Position numbers and translations under genes: made by a program. Shown one piece after another: positions 19,413 to 29,794 of a DNA stretch of 64,000 nucleotides. The notes below the pieces were generated by a model. It ran no database searches. It worked only from the letters and a program-made list of their open reading frames with translations, and was not told the origin of the DNA. Position 1 is the stretch's first letter. Every line of letters begins with the position of its first letter. This stretch comes from a virus, in IMG/VR virus record IMGVR_UViG_3300042882_000881, positions 1-64,000 of that record; one strand, given 5' to 3'.

Positions 19413-21068
19413 ATGCCAGTCCAAAATAGAATACAAGTAAGAAGAGGAACAGCTGCTGCTGGTGCTAATCAGTGGACAACACAAGTGTTATATGCTGGTG
19501 AAATAGGCTTTGAAACAGACACTGGCAAATTTAAGATAGGTGACGGAACAGCAGCATGGAACTCTTTGGCGTATGCTGCTGTGTTACCATCAGATCTAAC
19601 AGAATCTATTCAAGATGTTATTGGGACTAATTTAATTGGTACTAGCGGAATAGCTGTTAGTTATAACGATAGTACTGGTAATACCACATTATCTCTAAGT
19701 GATCCAACAATTCAAGTTGCTGATATTACTGATCTAACAGCATCTGCTGCTGAGATCAATGTTTTAGATGGAGTAACATCAAGTACCACCGAACTTAACT
19801 ATGTTGATATTACAACACTAGGTACTGTTGAAGCTAGCAAAGCTGTTACAGCAGACTCTAATAAAGATATTACTGGCATAAGAAACTTAACAGCTTCTGG
19901 TACTATTGCTGCCACAACAAATATGACTATTAATGGTAGTGATGTTGCCACTAAAGCTTATGCTGATAGCTTATTTGGCGCTAATGATGCGATGATTTTT
20001 AAAGGAACAATTGGTACTGGAGGTACAGTAACAGCTCTTCCAACAACATATAGTGCTGGTTGGACATTCCGAGTAATAACAGCAGCAACATATGCTGGAG
20101 CTGTTTGTGAAGTTGGAGATCTAATCATTGCTGTTGTAGACAGAAGCGGATCTGGCAATTTAAATAGTGACTGGACTGTTGCTCAAACTAATATTGATGG
20201 AGCAGTATTAACTACTCGTACAATAACCGCCGGAAATGGTTTAACTGGTGGTGGAGATCTTAGTGCTAATAGATCATTAGATGTTGGAGCAGGAGATGGT
20301 ATATCTGTTGGTACCAATACTGTTGCTGTTGATGCCACTGTTGTGAGAACAGATGGTGCTCAATATATTTATGGTTTTAAACAATTTGATCAGTATGCTG
20401 AGTTTAGTAGTAGTGGAGCCAATGCAACAATATATATTGGCGACGGTCTGGGAGTAACTAATAATGGAGCAGGTATATTTAATGGTACTTCTGATCCCAT
20501 TGCTATTCAACAGTACTCCTCAATGGGAGTTCTTATTCATTACGGCTATGGTGGTGGAACATCGGCCGTTCCAAGAATAACAGTTTTAGATAGTAATGGT
20601 TATGTTGGTATTGGCTCGACCTCTCCAAGTACTATACTTCATGTTGCTGGTAGCATTACTACTCAAGCAGCAGCAACAACTAGCACTGTTACACAAATAC
20701 CCGTATTCGTTGCTGATCCAGCATCAATAGCACGAACAATGGTTACACGAACTCCTAGCGGTCTTAAGAGTGATATTGGTTTGGGTAATGTTGAAAATAC
20801 AGCCTTGAGCACATGGGCCGGAAGTAGCAATATTACTACTCTTGGAACAATCTCTACTGGAACATGGAGTGCTTCAACCATAGCGGTCAACAAGGGTGGT
20901 ACAGGTGCAACAACTTTGACCGGTATATTATTAGGAAACGGAACTAGCGCATTTACAACTCTAACAAGTAGTACAGCTTGTCAAGTTTTGGTTAGAAATT
21001 CTGCTAATACTGGATATGAATTTAGTAGCACATTATGTGGATTAACAATTGATGGTGGAACCCCATAA
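19413..21068 (+). CDS. Fibre protein with Mtd_N-like N-terminal domain
   Basis: IQVRRGTA..W..VLYAGEIGFETDTGKFKIGDG..WNSL; G/T/A-rich body; GYVGIGSTSP. Confidence 0.8.
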   Translation: MPVQNRIQVRRGTAAAGANQWTTQVLYAGEIGFETDTGKFKIGDGTAAWNSLAYAAVLPSDLTESIQDVIGTNLIGTSGIAVSYNDSTGNTTLSLSDPTIQVADITDLTASAAEINVLDGVTSSTTELNYVDITTLGTVEASKAVTADSNKDITGIRNLTASGTIAATTNMTINGSDVATKAYADSLFGANDAMIFKGTIGTGGTVTALPTTYSAGWTFRVITAATYAGAVCEVGDLIIAVVDRSGSGNLNSDWTVAQTNIDGAVLTTRTITAGNGLTGGGDLSANRSLDVGAGDGISVGTNTVAVDATVVRTDGAQYIYGFKQFDQYAEFSSSGANATIYIGDGLGVTNNGAGIFNGTSDPIAIQQYSSMGVLIHYGYGGGTSAVPRITVLDSNGYVGIGSTSPSTILHVAGSITTQAAATTSTVTQIPVFVADPASIARTMVTRTPSGLKSDIGLGNVENTALSTWAGSSNITTLGTISTGTWSASTIAVNKGGTGATTLTGILLGNGTSAFTTLTSSTACQVLVRNSANTGYEFSSTLCGLTIDGGTP

Positions 21069-21132
21069 TATTTGCTAAAAACCATATTCTGTCTATAATA
21101 GAATGTTATAATAACAGAAAGAATATGTTAAT

Positions 21133-22737
21133 ATGCCAGTAAATAATAGTGTTAGATTAAGAAAAGGAACATCTACTCAATGGAGTACGACCAATCCTGT
21201 TTTATCATTAGGTGAACCAGGATTTGATTCTACAAATAACCTATTAAAAATAGGTGATGGAGCCACCTCTTGGACATCATTAAAAAATTTAAATCAAGAA
21301 TCATACAGCTTAGTTACTACAGTATTTAATAGTACTGGTAGTATTATACCTAAAATGTCTGCTGTATATATTAATGGTGGACAAGGAGATCAACCAACGG
21401 TAGCTTTAGCATCTGCGAGTAGCGAATCAACATCAAGTAAAACATATGGAATAACAACAGCAGCAATAGGAATTAATCAAACTGGTAAGGTTATTGTTAG
21501 TGGGGCATTGATAGGATTAAATACTGATCAATTTAATCCAACAGCTCCTCATGGAAATGTTAATGGAACAAGCGTTTGGCTTAGCACAACGCCAGGCGGT
21601 TTAACTACTACGATACCATCCGACCCTGATCATTCTGTATTCATTGGTACTATTGTTAGAACTCATCAGAATGAAGGTGTTATTGAAATCAAAATTCAGA
21701 ATGGCTATGAATTAAATGAATTACATGATGTATCTGTTGCATCAGTAACAGCTGGACAATTTTTATATTATAATGGAACAACTAATCTATGGGAGCCTGA
21801 GTTAGTATTATTTAGTGATGGTACTAATATTGGAATAGGAACAAATAGTCCATCACATACACTAGAGATTATTGGAACAATGAAAAGTGATGGTTTTAAA
21901 TCATATGGCACTGGGTGGTTCGGCGCATTTGATGGATCGTTGGGTCTTGGCGTGAATGTTAATCCTGCTGGAACTTTTGATAGTTCTTCTGATTTCTTAG
22001 CATTACAAGGATTTAATGATATGATAACATCATATAATCCTATATGTTTAACTACTGGATATGATCCTCAATTATTTTTAAATACAGATTTAAATGTTGG
22101 AATTGGTACAGCAACTCCATATTCTAAACTCCAAGTAAATGGTAGTTTATCTATTGCTGCTAATGGTCAAGATGTGTCAAATGGTAGCGAAGGAATTATT
22201 TTTGGTACTGATGGTAGCATATCATCTAATGATAGCGGCCCAGGACTAATATTCTCTGTTGATGCAATTAATGGATTAAGAACATATGGTAATGGTGGAG
22301 CGGGTGGGGCTGTAATTCTATCAACAGATAGATCAAATTTACGAGTAGGTATAGGAACAGATACCCCAGACTCTACTTTACATGTTGTTGGAGATGTTAA
22401 TATAGATGGTAATCTTATTTTTGATAGTTATACTGAAAGTGTTGTAGCTAATGGTAATAGTGGAACTAGTAAAACTCTCAGTTTGGCTAGTGGAACTGTT
22501 CATACTTGTACCCTAACCGGAAACTGCACATTTACTATGCCCACAGCAACTGCCGGAAAGAGCTTTAGCATGTTCTTGAATAGTGGCAGTGGAAATTATA
22601 CCGCATCTTTCAGCGGAGTAAGATGGGCCGATAGTGCCATTCCAACAGCAACAATTACCGCTAGTAAAGTTGATATATATAGTTTTATTAGCGATGGAAC
22701 TTATTGGTATGGTAGTTTTTCTCAAAATTATGGTTAA
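21133..22737 (+). CDS. Fibre protein with Mtd_N-like N-terminal domain
   Basis: LRKGTSTQW..NPVLSLGEPGFDS..LKIGDG..WTSL; three (V/I)GIGT..P repeats. Confidence 0.8.
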   Translation: MPVNNSVRLRKGTSTQWSTTNPVLSLGEPGFDSTNNLLKIGDGATSWTSLKNLNQESYSLVTTVFNSTGSIIPKMSAVYINGGQGDQPTVALASASSESTSSKTYGITTAAIGINQTGKVIVSGALIGLNTDQFNPTAPHGNVNGTSVWLSTTPGGLTTTIPSDPDHSVFIGTIVRTHQNEGVIEIKIQNGYELNELHDVSVASVTAGQFLYYNGTTNLWEPELVLFSDGTNIGIGTNSPSHTLEIIGTMKSDGFKSYGTGWFGAFDGSLGLGVNVNPAGTFDSSSDFLALQGFNDMITSYNPICLTTGYDPQLFLNTDLNVGIGTATPYSKLQVNGSLSIAANGQDVSNGSEGIIFGTDGSISSNDSGPGLIFSVDAINGLRTYGNGGAGGAVILSTDRSNLRVGIGTDTPDSTLHVVGDVNIDGNLIFDSYTESVVANGNSGTSKTLSLASGTVHTCTLTGNCTFTMPTATAGKSFSMFLNSGSGNYTASFSGVRWADSAIPTATITASKVDIYSFISDGTYWYGSFSQNYG

Positions 22738-22742
22738 TAATT

Positions 22743-22946
22743 ATGTTTAGTATAAGACAAAATTTTACACAACGATCCACACGACTGCCTAAAAAAAGTC
22801 AATTATTGACTATAGATACTGCTTATCTAGGCCAGCCATTTGTTAGAGTTGTTGGTAAAAATGAAAATACCCTAGGTTTGAGTGTTGTATACAATGCGCA
22901 ACCATTTGTTGCTGCTTTTAATAATAGATTAACTAATCCTAATTAA
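22743..22946 (+). CDS. Small hypothetical protein with an internal YxxQPFV repeat
   Basis: YLGQPFV and YNAQPFV; sits within the operon. Confidence 0.55.
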   Translation: MFSIRQNFTQRSTRLPKKSQLLTIDTAYLGQPFVRVVGKNENTLGLSVVYNAQPFVAAFNNRLTNPN

Positions 22947-22960
22947 TATAGATACATAAT

Positions 22961-25900
22961 ATGCCAACATTTTATTTAGATTATGAACAAGGAAATGATA
23001 CTCATTCTGGTACTAGCTTTGCTTTGTTAGCAAGTGCGGCAGACGGAGCAACAACAGCAGGATCTAGCTCTGTGTTTGGAACATTCTCTTCTGCAAGCGC
23101 AAATTTTTTAAATAATGGAACATTGGCCCCAACAAAAAATCTTGCTTGGTATTCTAATTGCATGTTTTTAAATAGCGTAGCCAGTGCATCATTTATAGAA
23201 AAAGATTCAACAACCGGGCCCAGCGGAGTAGATGCCTCTGTATATAAATTATCAGAAGACTCTCAAACTAGCTCAGGACATTCGTGGTCCAGCACAACAT
23301 GGTACAACCCATTTGCTGCAACAACTCAGTATACAGTATCGGTATACGCTAAGGCCGCCGAGAAAACCAAAGTAATTTTAAGGCTAGACAATAATGTTAA
23401 GGCCGCAAGATTTGATCTTAGTAGTGGAACAGTAGAACAGACCGGAGCAAGTGCAACATCATCAATAAGTAGTATAGGAAATGGATGGTATAGAATATCC
23501 ATAACAGCTACTACCACTGGCGCATCAGACAATATTCAAATTATCCTGATACCGAGCAGTGATACTGGACTAGGTATTAGCTCCTATGACGGAGATAGCA
23601 TTAGCGGAATATATTTATGTGGCTTACAAATAGAACAGGCATCGTCAGCAACAGCATATGAAAAACCTCCGGAACAATGCATAAGTATGCTTCTGCCTTC
23701 TGGCCAGACTGCTATGTATTACATAGTTCAGAGGTTGAGTTCTACTAGTTTAAGAATTAACAGAACTCCAACCAATGGCCAGGCCGTTGCCTCTTATACT
23801 AATAGGACGTATTATATCGGAGGAAGATGGAAAACCTTTTCTAGTACAGGAGCATCAGCCACAAGATTAGCAGGCGATGATACATTAAGAATAGAGAGTA
23901 GTCCGGACCCAACAAGTATTGGTAGTGGTACTTGGGTTGGTTCAAAAATGCAAGGAAGTTCTAATATAAATAATACCACAAATGCATCTCCTATTGTTGT
24001 AAGTTGTGCCAGTAGTATGGCTACTTTAGGAATAAGTAATGGAGATACTGTTGTATTAACTGGCCATACAACTAACACTAACGCTAATGGAACATGGGAG
24101 GTCACTAATGTTAGTGGATCTACTTGTACTTTAGTTGGATCAACAGGAAACGGAGTTGGAGGAACTAGTGGTTTTCTAAAAAAGGTTTCCAATCAAAGAG
24201 TAATATTAGCATCATCCCCAATTGTTAATATTGCTAGTCACGGAAATAGAGGAAATGGACGAACAGCTTGGACAGCACAAACCGCTGATGTGACAACCTC
24301 TTTGGTCACCACCGATGCCTTGGGAGGAATAAAAGAAGGAGACTGTTCGGACTCCATCGCAGTCGGAGCAAACTTCACCACAGGATTGGCATCATACAAA
24401 GCCACTGGTACCCTTAATCTTAGCGGGTATCAACAACTAAGTTTTTGGATAAAACAAACAGCAGGAACTATTGGCGCAAGTGGAGCAATATCATTAGTAT
24501 TATGTAGTGATACCGCTGGAGCCACAGCAGTAAACACATTTAACATTGAAAACTTGACAGTACTTAATAGATGGACTCCTATAACAATAGATCTTGCTAC
24601 TAACTTAGGAGCCAGTATTCAGAGTATAGGATTCTATGTGAATACAGATAACGGTGCTCAAACATTCCTGTTATCTAATATTATTGCCTGCAAGGCAAGT
24701 TCTAGTGCGGATAGTCTTAATCTTTGTTCGTTGATTGGCAAAAATACTAGCGGAGAAACTTGGTGCGGTATCCAAAGTATTAATGGAACAAGAGTAATGC
24801 TAGATACTAGTGGACAGTTCGGACCTGTCACAATTGGGGCCTCAAGTATACAGATACCAGGATATTATGGAGCTAGTGAAACAGTAACAACATTTAAGAG
24901 AGAAACGATAAAAGTGCCGTTGGCATCGACCTTAACCGCCACGGCAACATCTTTATTGAACTTTCAAATAGGAGGACGAGCACCGCAGTCCGCAGGAGTT
25001 GGCAATCCAATAATTTACTCTTTTGGTTGGAACAGAACGGATATGAGTACCAGAACAGGAGAAAGTTGGTTTGATGGAAGAAATGGATTTGGTTATGGAA
25101 ATTATTCTTATTATCTTACTGGTGGAAACTTTACAGTAGATAGAGCTTGTTTTGTTAGATTTGCTTATGGTTTATTTATTCCAGGGTGCATGTATTCTAA
25201 TGTAACAAACTGTCATTGTAATAATTGTGATCAATATGGATTGTATCCTAGAGAACATATACGTGTAACATATGATACAATTTATTGTTGTTATAACGGC
25301 TTAGCGGGAATTTTTGCATTCAGTCAATTAGGACAAAGCACATTTAGAAATATGGTCATATGCAGTAACAATGGTCATGGTATCTTGTACTACAATACTC
25401 TTTCTAACACACTAGATACTTTTACAATTAAAAATAATATTAATGGAATTGGAATTCTTGCTGCTCATAATCTAAACGCAAACAACGGAACAATATCCGA
25501 TAGTTGGCAATATGGGGTAGATAATAATACTCTTGCGCATAGCAATGTTTTCAAAAATATCACATTTTCAACCAACACTACAGCATCTCATAGGACAAAT
25601 GTTGGAGGACCATCATACTTTATTAATTGTGCTATGAATGATACTACTGAAGTTGGAGTTGCAAGTCCAGGATACGGCAGTAACTCTAAAGTATTTTCTC
25701 ACAATCATGATCAAACAAGCAATCTTCACTATATATGGTGCGATTTTGGACTTATCTATAGTACTACATCGGTAAGATACGCCAATAATGGAATAGCTTG
25801 GGCTATGGCTCCTACAAATGTTAACGTAAGATCAATTAACTTTCCTTTAGATCTTAGTCTAGCAACAGTTGCTGTGAGTGCCAATAGTCAGGTTATTGTT

Positions 25901-26140
25901 AAGGCTTGGATGAGAAGAAGTGCTTTTGGCTTAGTTATGAGACTAAGAGTGAAAGGTAGACAAATAGCAGGAGTAACTAATGATGTTACTGGTTACATGA
26001 CTGCTGCGGCGAATACTTGGGAACAAGTTTCTTTAAGTTTTACTCCTACCGAAGCTGGTGTTGTTGAAATACTAGCAGAGTGCTGGGGAGGCAGTACATT
26101 TACCGGATATGTTGATGATCTTACTATAATACAAATATGA
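22961..26140 (+). CDS. Multidomain fibre/spike protein with carbohydrate-binding-like modules and a right-handed beta-helix
   Basis: YLDYEQGND start; YTVSVYAK..GNGWYRI..GLQIEQ module; N/G-rich beta-helix repeats; YVDDL C-terminus. Confidence 0.7.
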   Translation: MPTFYLDYEQGNDTHSGTSFALLASAADGATTAGSSSVFGTFSSASANFLNNGTLAPTKNLAWYSNCMFLNSVASASFIEKDSTTGPSGVDASVYKLSEDSQTSSGHSWSSTTWYNPFAATTQYTVSVYAKAAEKTKVILRLDNNVKAARFDLSSGTVEQTGASATSSISSIGNGWYRISITATTTGASDNIQIILIPSSDTGLGISSYDGDSISGIYLCGLQIEQASSATAYEKPPEQCISMLLPSGQTAMYYIVQRLSSTSLRINRTPTNGQAVASYTNRTYYIGGRWKTFSSTGASATRLAGDDTLRIESSPDPTSIGSGTWVGSKMQGSSNINNTTNASPIVVSCASSMATLGISNGDTVVLTGHTTNTNANGTWEVTNVSGSTCTLVGSTGNGVGGTSGFLKKVSNQRVILASSPIVNIASHGNRGNGRTAWTAQTADVTTSLVTTDALGGIKEGDCSDSIAVGANFTTGLASYKATGTLNLSGYQQLSFWIKQTAGTIGASGAISLVLCSDTAGATAVNTFNIENLTVLNRWTPITIDLATNLGASIQSIGFYVNTDNGAQTFLLSNIIACKASSSADSLNLCSLIGKNTSGETWCGIQSINGTRVMLDTSGQFGPVTIGASSIQIPGYYGASETVTTFKRETIKVPLASTLTATATSLLNFQIGGRAPQSAGVGNPIIYSFGWNRTDMSTRTGESWFDGRNGFGYGNYSYYLTGGNFTVDRACFVRFAYGLFIPGCMYSNVTNCHCNNCDQYGLYPREHIRVTYDTIYCCYNGLAGIFAFSQLGQSTFRNMVICSNNGHGILYYNTLSNTLDTFTIKNNINGIGILAAHNLNANNGTISDSWQYGVDNNTLAHSNVFKNITFSTNTTASHRTNVGGPSYFINCAMNDTTEVGVASPGYGSNSKVFSHNHDQTSNLHYIWCDFGLIYSTTSVRYANNGIAWAMAPTNVNVRSINFPLDLSLATVAVSANSQVIVKAWMRRSAFGLVMRLRVKGRQIAGVTNDVTGYMTAAANTWEQVSLSFTPTEAGVVEILAECWGGSTFTGYVDDLTIIQI

Positions 26141-26149
26141 GGTAAAAAT

Positions 26150-26329
26150 ATGGATTATAAAATTACTGAAGTCTTTCTTGATGAAGCTAATAAATATAGA
26201 GTAAGAGTGGTTATTGACGAAAACTCAACTCAGTTTTTCAAATTTGACCATTATCCAACTCAAGAAGAAGTCAATGAAATTGTTGGAAATTATTTAGTAA
26301 ATCTAATTCCACCACCGGTCAACCTTTGA
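26150..26329 (+). CDS. Small hypothetical protein (59 aa, MDYKITEVFLD...), not in the ORF track
   Basis: GAGGT RBS and a frame read by hand; 3' end overlaps the convergent GT25 gene. Confidence 0.65.
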   Translation: MDYKITEVFLDEANKYRVRVVIDENSTQFFKFDHYPTQEEVNEIVGNYLVNLIPPPVNL

Positions 26330-26962
26330 TATTTGGCTACCAGTATCTGAGAATGTATTTTCGGCTTGTCCTACTATGAACGGATTACAAGCATAACTAT
26401 TTAACATATTATGTTTATGCATTGCTCCGTAAGCATAATCTATATGATATTTATGTTTATTCAAATATTTAATCCAAAAGTCCTTACTATTTAAATTACT
26501 TAATATTTTTTTAGCTACCGACTCATCCTTTATAACATAACAATGTGTTCTATTGATATTAACTCCTTTAACAATATCATTATTGATAGACCTAGGTTTT
26601 GCTAAATGCTGACCTCCAAGATATAATTGCTCCCAATCACTAGGCAGATTCTCACATATTTGTTGTAATTTCATAATAAAATTATCACTAAATATAGCAT
26701 CATCTTCAAAGATCATGGTATTTAAAAGATTGTTCTTCATGATATGCTCTAAAATTTTACAATGAGACCTTAAACAGCCATACGAGCCCTTTAAATGAGA
26801 GTTCCACCATACCGGAAGCTCCATCTCATATCCGTCAATAGCATCCATAATATCTATCTGCCCAAGATTCCAATCCTTTGGTAATCTGTTCATAAACTCA
26901 GAAACTTTATTTGGTCTTTTTTTGGTTAAACTAATTAGATATATTTTATCAAAATTAAGCAT
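26303..26962 (-). CDS. Glycosyltransferase family 25
   Basis: IYLISL, DAIDG, GCLRSH, IFEDD, LYLGG, THCYVI. Confidence 0.88.
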   Translation of the reverse strand: MLNFDKIYLISLTKKRPNKVSEFMNRLPKDWNLGQIDIMDAIDGYEMELPVWWNSHLKGSYGCLRSHCKILEHIMKNNLLNTMIFEDDAIFSDNFIMKLQQICENLPSDWEQLYLGGQHLAKPRSINNDIVKGVNINRTHCYVIKDESVAKKILSNLNSKDFWIKYLNKHKYHIDYAYGAMHKHNMLNSYACNPFIVGQAENTFSDTGSQISKVDRWWN

Positions 26963-26982
26963 AACTTAGTTTCAAATTAAAG

Positions 26983-26988
26983 GTGTAA
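26983..26988 (+). promoter_or_regulatory. GTGTAA putative late promoter
   Basis: In the divergent intergenic gap, 34 nt before the ATG; AGGAG RBS follows. Confidence 0.55.
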
Positions 26989-27016
26989 ATATACTTATAT
27001 ATTCTAAGGAGATACT

Positions 27017-27547
27017 ATGAGCTGGCAACTAGAACTTCCTATTTTAATAAGGTCATTTATTAATGACTTTAGCGACAATCCAACATATAGCGATGATAGA
27101 ATTCTACAACTATCATTAGTTGCTGCTCAGCACACACTAATAGATATAGAGTTCATAAATAAATACACTGTTGATATAGTTAACCAAACAATTAGTCCAG
27201 ACCCCACAACTTTAGATGAAAAAGATGTAAACTTCATTGGATTTGTGGCATTAAAATCGGCCTGCTTATTTGATCAAAGCTCACTAAGAACTCGTGCTCA
27301 ATTAGAAGGTATTAGTACAACTCTTGGTCCAGCCAAGTTAGACGTATCACCCGGACTTTCTGGATATAAAACTATAATAGAGCAAGGTCCGTGCAAAATG
27401 TATCAAGAATTAAAAACACAGTTTGTTTTAGGAGATGCTTCTCGCGTCAGAGCAGTCCTTAGTCCATTCGTTGGTAACAACTTTGATCCTCAAATGTTAA
27501 ATAATAATAATCCAGATTATCGTAGAGTAGACACCATCATAACATGA
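27017..27547 (+). CDS. Putative head-tail adaptor
   Basis: Helical N-terminus (IRSFIND..YSDDRI); position; strong RBS. Confidence 0.55.
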   Translation: MSWQLELPILIRSFINDFSDNPTYSDDRILQLSLVAAQHTLIDIEFINKYTVDIVNQTISPDPTTLDEKDVNFIGFVALKSACLFDQSSLRTRAQLEGISTTLGPAKLDVSPGLSGYKTIIEQGPCKMYQELKTQFVLGDASRVRAVLSPFVGNNFDPQMLNNNNPDYRRVDTIIT

Positions 27548-27557
27548 GAAAGAATAT

Positions 27558-28916
27558 ATGACTAATAAAACACCAATTTTATTAAAAAGAAATAACACAT
27601 CAGGTTTAGCGCCAACTGCTCAAGAAATGGTTCCAGGAGAATTAGCGCTTAATACAACTGATGGTACAATATATACTAAAAAAGAAGATGGTACGGTTAT
27701 AGCATTAGCTTCAGCAGCAGATTTGCCATTGCCAACATCAGTGCCTTGGACTAGCGTTACTGGCAAACCAGCTCTGGCTGCTCAAGTTCATACTCATCAA
27801 CCAAGTGATATAATTGGAACAGCAGTTGTATCCAATGACCCAAGATTAACAGATAATAGAGATCCTAATCCTCACACACACGATTGGGACGGAGAAGATA
27901 TTACCAATAAGCCACCAATTAATAACGATGGAGAGAGATGGTACTTTCACCCATCAGCTCAAAGTGGAGTTGTTGATATTGCTAGTTATTCTGATAATTA
28001 CTATGTTAGAGTAAGCGAAGGAGGAGCTGGTCAAACAACAGGAACAAAAATCAAAGGCCCGGTAACACTAATAGATGGACCAACTCCAGCATCTTTAAAA
28101 TTTGCTGATAATACTACTCAAACCACAGCATATACAGGATTAGTTTCTCATACTCATCCAACCTCAGAAATAAATGGATTAGATACAACTATTGGAGAGA
28201 TACAATCAGATATTTCTAATTTAGAAACTGGAAAGCAAGACTCTGGAGATTATGCTTTAGCTAGTCATAATCATTCAAGATCTAATAATGTTACAGCAAT
28301 AGGATTTAACGCTGCTCTTAATAATCCTATCGCTATAAATCCAGACAATTTATCTAGTATTGGAACAACAGCAGTTGGATTTGGAGCATGTGAAGCTAAT
28401 TCTACAGGATATCAAAATACTGGTGTTGGAAACGTAGCGTTACTGTTAAACACTACAGGATATTTTAATTCTGGTATTGGTGGACTTTCTATGCAGTATA
28501 ATACTACTGGAATACATAACACTGGAATTGGTAGTTGTAGTTTAAGAAATCAAACAACATCTCAATCAAATACTGGTTGTGGTTTTGCAACTGGTTATAA
28601 TACTACAACAGGATCTTATAATACAACATTAGGAGCCTTCGCTCTATTTGCAAATACTGTTGGTAGCAATAATATTGCTATAGGATATAATGCTAATAGC
28701 AATAATACAAATTATAATAATTGTATTATTATTGGAGCTAATGCTACTGCATTTAGATCAAATGACTTTGTCTTAGGTAGTACAACAAATCCAATAGCAG
28801 TATCAACAAGTGTTGGATCAGCAGGAACAGCATCTGACTTACCAAGTTCTCCATTAGGATATTTAGAAATAAGATTAAATGGCACATTAGTTAAAATTCC
28901 TTATTATAGAGCTTAA
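27558..28916 (+). CDS. Fibre protein with HxH motifs and 17-aa beta-roll repeats
   Basis: LLKR..GLAP..PGELALNTTDG N-terminus; HTH three times and HNH; NTG.G..AL..NTTG repeats; KIPYY C-terminus. Confidence 0.8.
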   Translation: MTNKTPILLKRNNTSGLAPTAQEMVPGELALNTTDGTIYTKKEDGTVIALASAADLPLPTSVPWTSVTGKPALAAQVHTHQPSDIIGTAVVSNDPRLTDNRDPNPHTHDWDGEDITNKPPINNDGERWYFHPSAQSGVVDIASYSDNYYVRVSEGGAGQTTGTKIKGPVTLIDGPTPASLKFADNTTQTTAYTGLVSHTHPTSEINGLDTTIGEIQSDISNLETGKQDSGDYALASHNHSRSNNVTAIGFNAALNNPIAINPDNLSSIGTTAVGFGACEANSTGYQNTGVGNVALLLNTTGYFNSGIGGLSMQYNTTGIHNTGIGSCSLRNQTTSQSNTGCGFATGYNTTTGSYNTTLGAFALFANTVGSNNIAIGYNANSNNTNYNNCIIIGANATAFRSNDFVLGSTTNPIAVSTSVGSAGTASDLPSSPLGYLEIRLNGTLVKIPYYRA

Positions 28917-28918
28917 AA

Positions 28919-29170
28919 ATGATAAATATAGATATAAATAATGGTATGACAATTGAACAAAAAATTCAAGCTATGATAGATTCCAGAGATTTAATAACTC
29001 AAATCTTGGATACTTATTATGGCACTGATCGAGAAAAAGAGGATATTAAACGTAATGTTGATCATTTAAATCAATGTTTACAAAATGAAGAAATATTGGC
29101 AAATCTAACTCCTGAGCTATTATCTAGTATAAATGATAGTATACTAAGATCTCAAGGAGTTTTACAATGA
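28919..29170 (+). CDS. Small helical protein, possible fibre chaperone
   Basis: Follows the fibre gene; RNVDHL motif. Confidence 0.5.
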   Translation: MINIDINNGMTIEQKIQAMIDSRDLITQILDTYYGTDREKEDIKRNVDHLNQCLQNEEILANLTPELLSSINDSILRSQGVLQ

Positions 29171-29310
29171 ATGTGGAAAATGCATTAGCTTTAATTGATC
29201 GTGTTTGCGGAATGGCTCTATTAAATAGAGATGATCATATAAGAGTTTCTCAAGCTTTAGAATTTATTAGACAATCTCTAATAAATAACCAAGTATCAAA
29301 TGACAATTGA
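29167..29310 (+). CDS. Small hypothetical protein (47 aa, MNVENALALID...), not in the ORF track
   Basis: AGGAG RBS, ATGA overlap, frame read by hand. Confidence 0.6.
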   Translation: MNVENALALIDRVCGMALLNRDDHIRVSQALEFIRQSLINNQVSNDN

Positions 29311-29794
29311 CTTTAGAATACTACAACAATTATATAATTCTAATATAAATTTATTATTGGATAAAGATGGTCTAACTACAGAGTGTACTCTTGCTTATGG
29401 AGTTAGTGATAAAGAGATTTGTCCAAATTGTATCTTTGATACTTTAACAAACAAGTCTTCTAATAAATATAAAACTGGTGGTCCAATAGAATTTAATGTT
29501 GGCGTAGTTTGTCCATACTGTTATGGTTTAGGATATGTTGGTAAAGAAAAAACTTTTGATAATATTTATTTAGCTGTATTATGGGATTCTAAAAATTGGA
29601 TAAATTTTAATACAGATATAAAAAATACAGATGACTATATACAAACTCTATCCTCAGTTGATTTATTGAATAAGATACAGTCAGCAAGTTATATAATTGT
29701 CAAAGATAAGAAATTTGAAAGACAAGGATCATGCAATTATGGTGGTCTTGGAGATAATAAATATATTATCACAACTTGGAGACAAACAGCATGA
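29300..29794 (+). CDS. Putative head-closure protein with Zn-binding CxxC pairs
   Basis: CPNC and CPYCYGLG; position in the neck module. Confidence 0.55.
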   Translation: MTIDFRILQQLYNSNINLLLDKDGLTTECTLAYGVSDKEICPNCIFDTLTNKSSNKYKTGGPIEFNVGVVCPYCYGLGYVGKEKTFDNIYLAVLWDSKNWINFNTDIKNTDDYIQTLSSVDLLNKIQSASYIIVKDKKFERQGSCNYGGLGDNKYIITTWRQTA

